Source: Bryobacterales bacterium
GTDB taxonomy: Bacteria; Acidobacteriota; Terriglobia; Bryobacterales; UBA6623
Assembly: GCA_965216215.1 (NCBI GenBank)
Contig: CBDCFO010000008.1
Location: 534,726 to 598,725 of the forward strand
Direction: 5' to 3'
Length of the DNA stretch: 64,000 nt
The position numbers and the translations under genes are program-made. Under the pieces are notes generated by a model. The model did not search any database, had not been told where the DNA came from, and saw only the letters and a list, made by a program, of their open reading frames with translations. Positions 55,043 to 63,278 of this stretch are shown here, one piece after another; positions within the stretch are counted from its first letter, which is position 1; each line of letters opens with the position of its first letter.

Positions 55043-56902
55043 ATGTACGTGACGACGTTCTACTCCTTCAAGGGAGGGGTAGGGAGAACTATGGCCCTCG
55101 TCAACGTCGCCGTGGAGCTTGCGCAACGCGGCCGTTGCGTGCTAGCGGTGGATTTCGATCTAGAAGCACCCGGCCTAGACACGTTCGACCTTCCCCGCCC
55201 CCCTAGCCCGGTCCCCGGCATAGTCGACTTCGTCAGCGAGTACCTCGATACAGGCCAAGCACCAGATGTCGGCAAATTCGTGTTTGAGTCGTCAGGCGTC
55301 GGAAGCAACAGCGGCGGGCTCTGGATTATGCCATCAGGGGCACACCTAGACAGCTACGCAAGCACGTTCGCGAAGATCGACTGGGGCGCGCTCTATGAGC
55401 GCCACGACGGCTACTTGCTCTTTGAAGACCTGAAAGAACAGTGGAAGGCTTATCTCAAACCGGACTATGTGTTAGTCGATTCTCGCACCGGCCATACCGA
55501 CGTCGGGGGAATCTGCACGCGACAGTTGCCCGATGCCGTCGCGATCCTGTTCTTCCCCAATACACAAAACCTGCGCGGACTGACCAAGGTCGTCCGGGAT
55601 ATCCGATCGGAAAGAAGTGAGCCCGGGAATCAAGAGATCTCGCTCCACTTCATCATGTCGAACGTGCCAGACCTAGACGACGAGGACAGGATTCTCGAGG
55701 AGAGCATTGCTTCGTTCGAGAAAGACCTAGGGTTTCGGGATCCCTTGAAAATCCATAGGTGCGACAGTCTCTCCCTCCTCAATCAGGTGATCTTCACGAA
55801 GGATCGCCCGAGAAGCCGGCTTGCCAAGGAATACCACGCCGTCACAGCGGAAATCATGCGGCATAATCCACTGGACCGTGACGGCGTCCTCGATTTCCTA
55901 GACAACGTAGCACCAACTCGACGGTTCCCTCGCTCTGGCAGACGTCGGATCCAACAGTGGAAGGAGATCGGAGATCACCTAGAGGCAGTCAAGGCAAGCC
56001 ACCGGGATGACGGACAGGTGCTCTACCGACTCGGATCTCTTCGCAACAGGTCTGGTCGTTTCAAGGAAGCCTTCGAATTGTTCGACAGGGCGATTGAGAC
56101 CGGATACCGGGAGCCAAATGTCTATCTCGAGCGCGCGCACATTCGGAGGCGCGAACTCGACGACGAGGACGGCGCCCGGCAGGATGCTGTACAGGTCATC
56201 GAATCCTCCAAGGCGTCAACAGACCAAGTGCTCCAGGCACTCAGTATCATCGGATCGGATCACCTGAAGAGCGTCGCTGGCTCGCCCGCACTGTTGGCCA
56301 AACCACCCGAGGAACTGGTGTGGATTGCCGAACAGCTCAATACATCTAAGGCCGAGGCTGAAGTCGCGATAGCCATGCTGCAACCTCTCCTGACCGCCGC
56401 TGGACTGGCAACTGAAGTGGTCAGTCAGGCCAGGCAATTGCTGGCGCTTTCATCCATCGCCGTAGGAAGATTCTCGGACGGCGTCGAGGCTATTCTGGGC
56501 GAGGGTCCAAATGTCAGCGAGATGAGGATCAATCACGCTTTCGACTACGGGATGGCTCTATGGGGCAAGAGCGGCGAGGTCACTCAAGAGCCCTTCGAGC
56601 GTGTGTTGGAGTGCAACCGGATAGAGCCTAGGGAGTCTCCGGCACCCAATTACCTGCAATGCATGGCGGTCGCTCATTGGGCCGTCGGGGAAAAGAATGT
56701 GGCGCGAGAGCTTGCAAAGAGCGCGCTCCTGGAAATTCGGCTACAAGGGGGGCGGGAGTTTAGTTGCTGGCGGTACCTTAGGGCATCAAGAACTGAATTC
56801 GTGCACGACCTTGACGAACTGTTGAGGTTGATCGGCGACGACGAGAACGCGAAACCGCGTTTTCTTTGCTCAGACCAGGGATTTCTCCCCGGACTCGAAT
56901 AG
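55043..56902 (+). CDS. ParA/MinD-type (SIMIBI) ATPase with KGGVGR deviant Walker A, fused to about 330 aa of TPR-like helical repeats
   Basis: FYSFKGGVGRTMALVNVAVELAQRG (Walker A), LAVDFDLEAPGL (A'), DYVLVDSRTGHTD (Walker B). The C-terminal half is helical repeats (e.g. VLYRLGSLRNRSGRFKEAFELFDRAIETGYREPNVYLERAHI). Confidence 0.8.
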   Translation: MYVTTFYSFKGGVGRTMALVNVAVELAQRGRCVLAVDFDLEAPGLDTFDLPRPPSPVPGIVDFVSEYLDTGQAPDVGKFVFESSGVGSNSGGLWIMPSGAHLDSYASTFAKIDWGALYERHDGYLLFEDLKEQWKAYLKPDYVLVDSRTGHTDVGGICTRQLPDAVAILFFPNTQNLRGLTKVVRDIRSERSEPGNQEISLHFIMSNVPDLDDEDRILEESIASFEKDLGFRDPLKIHRCDSLSLLNQVIFTKDRPRSRLAKEYHAVTAEIMRHNPLDRDGVLDFLDNVAPTRRFPRSGRRRIQQWKEIGDHLEAVKASHRDDGQVLYRLGSLRNRSGRFKEAFELFDRAIETGYREPNVYLERAHIRRRELDDEDGARQDAVQVIESSKASTDQVLQALSIIGSDHLKSVAGSPALLAKPPEELVWIAEQLNTSKAEAEVAIAMLQPLLTAAGLATEVVSQARQLLALSSIAVGRFSDGVEAILGEGPNVSEMRINHAFDYGMALWGKSGEVTQEPFERVLECNRIEPRESPAPNYLQCMAVAHWAVGEKNVARELAKSALLEIRLQGGREFSCWRYLRASRTEFVHDLDELLRLIGDDENAKPRFLCSDQGFLPGLE

Positions 56903-57094
56903 GCCTCCTAATCGGACACCCATTTGCTTTCATCGTCCTGCCGTTCCTGCTGGGGAGCGAATGCGCGAAGGCCCAACATCGTCAGGACGCTTCCGGCCAT
57001 GACCATTGCAGCGGTAAAACGAACCCGACCTGCCTCGCAGCACGGGTTGACAGATTTCTCTGCAACCGGACGGAGGAAGAAGCCTGCGGACGGT

Positions 57095-57244
57095 ATCCCG
57101 CTTAACCGGTTCCACGAGCCCTTCCCTCACCTTGCGCTTCCGTTGGCTCGGATTTACCTCATGCCTCGTCGCAATCTGCCACACAGTCTTTTCTCCGCCC
57201 AACGCCTCTTTCGCCACCGGCGCCTTGAAGACAGCTGTGAACTT
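57095..57244 (-). pseudogene. IS3-family OrfA (HTH) relic
   Basis: KFTAVFKAPVAKEALGGEKTVWQIATRHEVNPSQ...REGL matches F.AEFKA.VA.EAL.GEKT..QIA..HEVHP.Q...WK....EG of IS3 OrfA. No OrfB and no ends are detectable. Confidence 0.55.
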
Positions 57245-57519
57245 CCACTCGTGGCCACCGTTGACTCCGTTCAGCACTGGAGATGTCCACCCCACCGCGC
57301 TGAACGAATACCCCAATCCGCTAAGTGGCAGGACAGTCCGCGACAGAGTGCAGAGGCAAGCCGGGCCAAAATCGCCTCTCACGGGGCAATTCCCGGCAGG
57401 AGTTGGTAGTTCGATACCTTCAATGCTCGATCACCGGTTCCCGGAATTCCAGAACGAGACGCGCTCGACAGGTTTGGTCATCCTCGAAGAGGTAGCAACT
57501 ACTTGCTACGTTGAGCAGT

Positions 57520-57813
57520 ATGAGAACGGTCGAGATCAGGGTACTCGGCAGTCGGCTGACCGAGTACATACGGATGGCGTCGGCCGGAGAGACGATCCTG
57601 GTTACCGACCGCGACAGGGTGGTGGCGGAAATCCGCCCTCCCAAGGAATCAATGAGCCCGGTCTTGGGGAATGCATTGCTAGCAGAAGCCGTTCGCGAGG
57701 GTTGGTTGACGCCGCCGTCCCCGCGCCTCGAGGGCCCTCCGCCCAGGCCGAAGCCAGTCCTGCCTCTACAAGATCTCGTCGCGGACCTGGACGGCGACCG
57801 CAGCGATCGGTGA
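57520..57813 (+). CDS. Phd/YefM-type antitoxin
   Basis: MRTVEIRVLGSRLTEYIRMASAGETILVTDRDRVVAEIRPP is a Phd/YefM N-terminal fold motif. Its stop overlaps a GTG (GTGA at 57810-57813). Confidence 0.7.
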   Translation: MRTVEIRVLGSRLTEYIRMASAGETILVTDRDRVVAEIRPPKESMSPVLGNALLAEAVREGWLTPPSPRLEGPPPRPKPVLPLQDLVADLDGDRSDR

Positions 57814-57829
57814 CAGCATATTTACCGCC

Positions 57830-58204
57830 GTGGCCCCTGCGCTCCTCCTCGCCGAGAACCGGAGCACGCCGACCACCCTTTGGGAAGGGACCCTCATCAC
57901 CAGCCAATTGATCGAATTCGAATTCTGGACCCGACTGCACGCATACATGCTCGCGGAGTCCCCAGGCGAAGCGGCACACGGAATCATCGGTCGCATGCCG
58001 TTGGTGCAATTGGTTCCACCAGTGGTTGAACCCGCCTTGGACGAATTCCCTTCTCCCGTGCGCACTCTTGATGCTTTGCATCTGGCGAAGTTCGACTTTT
58101 TGTGGCGCCAAGGACAGCCGATCGAGCTTGCGAGCTACGATCGCCGAATGGCAGACGCGGCCCGCGCCCTGGGAATGCCCGTGCTGGACTTGGAAGCCAA
58201 TTGA
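57830..58204 (+). CDS. PIN-domain (VapC) toxin, N-terminus ambiguous or possibly frameshifted
   Basis: VAPALLLAENRSTPTTLWEGTLITSQLIEFEFWTRLHA...VRTLDALHLAKFDFLWRQGQPIELASYDRRMADAARALGMPV. The coupled start GTG 57810 (VTAYLPP...) is in a different frame, and the first PIN acidic residue is not encoded in the long frame. Confidence 0.6.
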   Translation: MAPALLLAENRSTPTTLWEGTLITSQLIEFEFWTRLHAYMLAESPGEAAHGIIGRMPLVQLVPPVVEPALDEFPSPVRTLDALHLAKFDFLWRQGQPIELASYDRRMADAARALGMPVLDLEAN

Positions 58205-58241
58205 TGGCCAGGACCGCCGTTCCTGGAATCGATGCCCGGAC

Positions 58242-59042
58242 CTACGGCAGGGCAAGCTCGCTGGCCCGCAGGTCCGTCACGAACCCGTGTCCTGGAGAAT
58301 GCGTGATCATGATGTCGATTTTCGCCGCGATGGCCGCCTCCTGAGGCGTTACTCCGCAAGCCCAGAATACCGGCACAACTGACGAAGGGATCTCGTCCAC
58401 GGGAGGACCGAAGTACGGGTCCCGAAGATTGGCGCCGATGGCGCTTGGATCACCGACGTGCAGCGGCGCGCCGTGATTGAACGGAAAGCGAGCGGTCACC
58501 TGAGTCGCGATAATCGCCTGCGCTGGCTGCAGCCAGCGCATGGTCACGACCATGGGGCCGCGGAAGCGCCCCGCCGGCTCCGTGGGCAACTCAGTCCGCA
58601 GCACCCACCGATCCTTCGTAGTGGGTACACCGGCATCCTCGAGCGCTTGGTCGAACGTGATTCCCGAGCCAATCAGAAACGCCACGAAATCCTCCTGCCA
58701 GAGGTCCGCGATATCCGTCGTGTCGGCTTGGCGCATTCCGTTCCTGTATACGGCGTAGCGCGGTAGGTCCGTCCTCAGGTCCGCTCCCGGGGCGAGGCGC
58801 TTGGGTTCAGCGCTGCCTGTGTCCAAGACCTCCAGCACCGGGCACGCACGTTGGTTCCTCTGGCAGTACAGGAGAAAGTCGTAAGCGTGCGCTCGGCGCA
58901 AAACGACCAGATTGCACTGGACGTAGCCCATCGCCACGCCGCGCGTCGTGCCGGAATGGGCCCCCTGGCGGCATGCCAGCCGCGCCTCCGATGGCGACCA
59001 TTGGCGCACGATGGATCCATCAACGCTCATCAGCGAATTCAC
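58242..59042 (-). CDS. DUF1445/UPF0317 putative hydro-lyase (D-glutamate cyclase-like)
   Basis: TTRGVAMGYVQCNLVVLRRAHAYDFLLYCQRNQRACPVLEV...RYAVYRNG...VAFLIGSGITFD...PMVVTMR...HGAPLHVGDP...VPVFWACGVTPQ. Confidence 0.8.
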   Translation of the reverse strand: MNSLMSVDGSIVRQWSPSEARLACRQGAHSGTTRGVAMGYVQCNLVVLRRAHAYDFLLYCQRNQRACPVLEVLDTGSAEPKRLAPGADLRTDLPRYAVYRNGMRQADTTDIADLWQEDFVAFLIGSGITFDQALEDAGVPTTKDRWVLRTELPTEPAGRFRGPMVVTMRWLQPAQAIIATQVTARFPFNHGAPLHVGDPSAIGANLRDPYFGPPVDEIPSSVVPVFWACGVTPQEAAIAAKIDIMITHSPGHGFVTDLRASELALP

Positions 59043-59234
59043 ACCATTTCAAGTATCCCATCCCGCCTTTCCGCACGAGGCGAGCGGGGCCGAAGGAGAC
59101 AGCCGGCAGCCCGGCAGCCCAATGATTGCCGGGGGGCAACGAACCATGCAAAGTGCCGTGCGAGCACAAGCCTCGTGCGGGCGAGAACGCGTTCCTCGCT
59201 CGGTTTGGCAAGCACTGGAAATCAGCTCTTAACT

Positions 59235-61175
59235 CTAGGACTCGCGGCTAGGAACCACGCTTCTAGGCCGCGTAAGCACCAGCCACAGGCCGGCTATTGG
59301 AAGCATGCCGAAGGCCCATGCCCATGGCGCGGATCCGAACGGCAGGCAGATCGCGGCGGCCGCCGCCGATCCCACGCCAAGCCGCTCGAAAACTCGCAGC
59401 GGCCGGAGCCAGTACCCGACGAGGGCTACCGCCCATCCTGCGGTACCAAGCAGCAGAGCCGCGCCGGCAGCCGCGATTTCCAGCGGATTCCCCTGGCCGA
59501 GAAGCCGAGGGTCAAACGCGAACGCGGCCGGAATTAGGAAGCAGACCAGGCCCAGACGAAACGCCTGCATGCTGGTGCGGATCGCACTGCCTCCAGAGAT
59601 TCCAGCTGCGGCATAGGAAGCTAGAGCAACCGGCGGAGTCACCATCGAGAGCACGCAGTAGTACATCACGAAGAAATGCGCGGGCAGTTCCTCAATCCCC
59701 AGATCCTTCAATGCGGGCACGAACAGGATCGCACCGATCAGGTACGCGGCAACCGTCGGCAGGCCCATGCCCATGACGATGCATCCAAGCACGATCAAGG
59801 CCATCGCGCCGATCGATGAACCGCTGCCGGCGATGAGCTGCGTGCTGAACTTCAAGGCGAGATTGGATTGGATCGCCACAGCAATGATGATGCCGATGGC
59901 AGCGATCGGAACAGCCACCTGGCAGGCTTGCCGCGTGGCGCTCTCTATGCACTCCACGAGCGTGCGTCCGACCAGCCGGCCTTCCCTGGTCGCGAAGCTC
60001 ACCGCCACGCAGCCGAGGCTCGCGAGCACGGCCGCGTAGGTGGCGGAGTACCCAGCCACGAGCAATCCGACCAACAGGGCGGGAGGAGCAAGCAGGTGCA
60101 GCCGGGGCATGATCGGCGGCTGGGCCTCGAGCTCGCCCTCCGACAAGGTTCCGATCCCGGTCTTCCTGGATCGCAAGTCCACGGAAAGGAACAGTGCCGC
60201 GTAGAAGGCCAGTGCGGGCAGGAGTCCGGCTAGGGCGATGCGACCGTAGTCAACTTGGATCATCTCGGCCATGACAAACGCCGCCACGCCCATGATCGGC
60301 GGCATTAGTTGCCCGCCCGTGGACGCGATCGCCTCCATTGCGCCGGCCATGTCGGCGGAATACCCCGCGCGGCGCATGAGGGGAATCGTGAAGACGCCGG
60401 TCCCCGCAACGTTGGCCACGGCACTGCCGGTAATGCTCCCCATCAGGCTGCTGGCTACGACTGCAGCCTTGGCAGACCCGCCGCTGTGCACGCCCGTTAA
60501 CCGGAGGCCGATGTCGATGATCAGACGCCCGCCTCCAATCGAGCCGTATACCGCGCCGAAGAGGATGAAGTAGAACACGAACTGCACCGAGGTGCCGGTG
60601 GTGATTCCGAGAATGCCGTTCAGCGACAGCGTCAGGATCTCGATGGCCTCGTCCAGTCGGAATCCCGAGAACTGCAACCAGCCCGGCATCCAGGGGCCCA
60701 GAAAACCGTACGCCAGGAATCCGATCAACACTCCGAGCAGCTGCCATCCGACGGCCCGTCGCACCCCTTCGAACAAAACCGCCAGGCACAGCAGCCCGAA
60801 GAGCATGTCGACGGGAAGGACGGGATCAACCCCTTCCATCCGTTCGGTCAAGCGCGCGGACGAGACCACGTAGTACGCCCCCATGCCCATGGCGCTCACA
60901 ACCAGGGCGGCGTCCGCCACCCTCGGGAAGAGCCCGCCTCGCTTGCCCTTGAGCGGAATCCACAAGATCAAGAGCGTCGCGGCCAGCGCCAGGTGCATGG
61001 GGCGCTCGACCAGCGGAGCCTGCGGGCTGAACAGGATGTAGACCTGGAACGCGATCCAGACCGCCCCAAGCCCGACCCTCAGGGCAGGGACGAAGCTGGA
61101 ACGAGCGGAACCTTGGGGAAGGTACGCGGCACTGTTGGTGGGCAACGGCGAGGCGTCTCGACTCGCTACAGCCAT
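59235..61175 (-). CDS. TRAP transporter fused permease (TAXI-associated, DctQM-like)
   Basis: A hydrophobic protein of about 645 aa. Start taken at MAVASRD (ATG 61175), overlapping the TAXI gene end by 10 nt. The upstream part of ORF 59235-61268 is antisense-like. Confidence 0.85.
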   Translation of the reverse strand: MAVASRDASPLPTNSAAYLPQGSARSSFVPALRVGLGAVWIAFQVYILFSPQAPLVERPMHLALAATLLILWIPLKGKRGGLFPRVADAALVVSAMGMGAYYVVSSARLTERMEGVDPVLPVDMLFGLLCLAVLFEGVRRAVGWQLLGVLIGFLAYGFLGPWMPGWLQFSGFRLDEAIEILTLSLNGILGITTGTSVQFVFYFILFGAVYGSIGGGRLIIDIGLRLTGVHSGGSAKAAVVASSLMGSITGSAVANVAGTGVFTIPLMRRAGYSADMAGAMEAIASTGGQLMPPIMGVAAFVMAEMIQVDYGRIALAGLLPALAFYAALFLSVDLRSRKTGIGTLSEGELEAQPPIMPRLHLLAPPALLVGLLVAGYSATYAAVLASLGCVAVSFATREGRLVGRTLVECIESATRQACQVAVPIAAIGIIIAVAIQSNLALKFSTQLIAGSGSSIGAMALIVLGCIVMGMGLPTVAAYLIGAILFVPALKDLGIEELPAHFFVMYYCVLSMVTPPVALASYAAAGISGGSAIRTSMQAFRLGLVCFLIPAAFAFDPRLLGQGNPLEIAAAGAALLLGTAGWAVALVGYWLRPLRVFERLGVGSAAAAAICLPFGSAPWAWAFGMLPIAGLWLVLTRPRSVVPSRES

Positions 61176-62170
61176 CCGCGTAGACTGTAGTACTCTTCCG
61201 CGCCGGGATGCAGGGGCACGCCGGTCTTCTCCAGCCGGCCCGCTTGCCTCGGATCGAAGTCCTCCCACGCGCCGTGGGCCTCGGCCATCACGTCCTTGTT
61301 CTCGCAGACGGTCTTGGTGATCAGGTGGGCGAGCTCATCCGGAGTGTCCTTGTGCGTGATCAGGACGGTGCCCATGTCCACGGAATCGATCGGACCCGCT
61401 TGCCCGCGGAACCATTCAGGCATGGGGGTGCGCTCGATGCCGGGCCCCGATAGCTTTGCGATTGTCTCTTCCGGATAGTCGAGAAACCTCACGGAAGTCG
61501 TGGTCGCGACTTCCGTAACCGTGGGATGGCCGCGAATCGCAGTCTCCAAGTACAGGTCCGCGCGTCCGTTCCGGAGGATTGCCGAGACTTGGTTCGCCGA
61601 AACCTGGATGATCTCTCCGCCTTCCTCGAGGATCTTCTCGCGGCCGGTATCGAGCGATTCGAAGAGCATGTCCGCCACGACCGGTACCGTGCTGCCCTGT
61701 GGCTTCATGACGATCCGCAAGGGATCCCCGGACTGAAGCGCCTTCTTGAGAGTGTCGTTTCCCGTGCGACCGATGTACTCCTCGGTCATCATCGCGGCCA
61801 TCCAGACGCGGTTCAAGCCGCCCGCCAGGGCCCGGAGATTCGTATGGGCCTGCTCGTAGGCAAGGCGGTTGCCGCTGTAGGCCCAGGCGGCGGTCGCCGC
61901 CTGGGCGATCGCGATGGTTTCTTCTCCCCGGTCAACCAGGATCGGATTCCCGATCCCGCCCCCGCGCGCGACGACCTCGACTCGAGTTCCGTCCGGAAGC
62001 GACTGTTGCAGCAGTTGAGCGAGGGTCGCGGCGAACACATACCACGAAGTTCCCGGCGGCATCGCTCCGATGGTGACCAGTTCGCCGGGAGCAGGCGCGC
62101 ATCCCAAGGCGCCGAGGACGGCGCATTGGGCACCGGCAACGGATAGAAACTGCCTACGATCGAACCTCAC
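61166..62170 (-). CDS. TAXI-family TRAP transporter solute-binding protein (Tat signal)
   Basis: MRFDRRQFLSVAGAQCAVLGALGCA. Also TIGAMPPGTSWYVFAATLAQLL and VVARGGGIGNPILVDRGEETIAIAQAATAAWAYSG. Confidence 0.85.
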   Translation of the reverse strand: MRFDRRQFLSVAGAQCAVLGALGCAPAPGELVTIGAMPPGTSWYVFAATLAQLLQQSLPDGTRVEVVARGGGIGNPILVDRGEETIAIAQAATAAWAYSGNRLAYEQAHTNLRALAGGLNRVWMAAMMTEEYIGRTGNDTLKKALQSGDPLRIVMKPQGSTVPVVADMLFESLDTGREKILEEGGEIIQVSANQVSAILRNGRADLYLETAIRGHPTVTEVATTTSVRFLDYPEETIAKLSGPGIERTPMPEWFRGQAGPIDSVDMGTVLITHKDTPDELAHLITKTVCENKDVMAEAHGAWEDFDPRQAGRLEKTGVPLHPGAEEYYSLRGWL

Positions 62171-62195
62171 TATGATTGCCGGCCCTTTGGAATCC

Positions 62196-63149
62196 CTAGA
62201 CTGCCAGCACCGTAGGCTCGGACAATAGCCCTACCGCCTCCAATGCCTCCCGAATCCTCTCAAGGCGCTCGGGCGAGGGCTGTCTCGTCGGAGGCCTGAC
62301 CACGGAAGACCTCAGGCGGCCCGCCATCACCATCGCTGCTTTCATTCGGGCGTGAGCGTCCCCAGAAGGCTCCTCGTCGGCGTAGACAGCATCCTTCAAG
62401 ATGCTGATTCGGCGCTGAATCTGCTGCGCCGCGTGCAGATCGCCGTCGCAGACTGCCTCGTACAAATCTACTAGGAAATCCGGGATTAGCGACGCGAAGC
62501 CCACGAGCGCACCGTCAACGCCCTGCACCATGGACGCCAAGACGTACTCGTCGTGGCACGTCAGGACGGTGCAGGCAGGGTTTGCCGCCCGGATCGCGCG
62601 GATGTCACGTTCGTACTTCGACATTTCGCGCGTGCCCACCTTGAACGTCGTCACGTTAGGGACTCGAGCCAGTTCGGCCAGCAGACGCGAGGAGTACCGG
62701 GCCTTGGTCCAGGCAGGGTAGACATGCACGATCAGATTCAAGTCCACGGCCTGCGAGATGGCCAGGAAGTGATCGATCACGTGATCGTGGCGCATCCCGA
62801 AACGCAACCAGTAGTGCGGCGGCATGACCAACAGGCCGCTGGCGCCGGCCTCGCTCGCCATCAGGGCGTGCTCGACGGACTCCTGAATCGATTCGCAGCA
62901 GATCCCCGAAACAACCGGCACGCGGCCCGCGACCGCGTCGGCAACGCTTCGGGTGACGTCCGCCCTCTCGTGCGCGCTCAGGGCAAAGACCTCTCCGGTG
63001 TGACCGTTGGTTACGAGCCCTCCGATTCCGGGATGGCTGGAAAGCCAGCTGGAGAACCGCCTGAGTTCGTCCTCGTCGATGGAAAGGTCATCCCGGAACG
63101 GCACCTGCATCGCAGGAAGGATTCCACGGAAAGGCTCGACTCGCGCCAT
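62196..63149 (-). CDS. Dihydrodipicolinate synthase/N-acetylneuraminate lyase-family (DapA-like) aldolase
   Basis: GILPAMQVPF...GGLVTNGHTGEVFALSAHER...VPVVSGI...LLVMPPHYW...TFKVGT (Schiff-base Lys context). Start at MARVEPF. Confidence 0.85.
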   Translation of the reverse strand: MARVEPFRGILPAMQVPFRDDLSIDEDELRRFSSWLSSHPGIGGLVTNGHTGEVFALSAHERADVTRSVADAVAGRVPVVSGICCESIQESVEHALMASEAGASGLLVMPPHYWLRFGMRHDHVIDHFLAISQAVDLNLIVHVYPAWTKARYSSRLLAELARVPNVTTFKVGTREMSKYERDIRAIRAANPACTVLTCHDEYVLASMVQGVDGALVGFASLIPDFLVDLYEAVCDGDLHAAQQIQRRISILKDAVYADEEPSGDAHARMKAAMVMAGRLRSSVVRPPTRQPSPERLERIREALEAVGLLSEPTVLAV

Positions 63150-63278
63150 GGATAGATTGTCCGCCCCCAGAGGGCTACGGAGCAAGGCGCGCCATCAAAT
63201 TTCTAGCGCGACGTTGTAATGTCCTGCCTGGCCGGGACGGCGCGCGGGAAAGCGCTCAAGGCGCGGTCGCTGAGCCGT

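Noticed and set aside
55043-56902. ParA-like ATPase as a chromosome/plasmid partition protein
   Set aside because: There is no adjacent parB/HTH centromere-binding gene or iterated parS-like repeats. The protein is about 3 times the length of ParA, with a TPR-like C-terminal half, and is translationally packed behind a TA pair.
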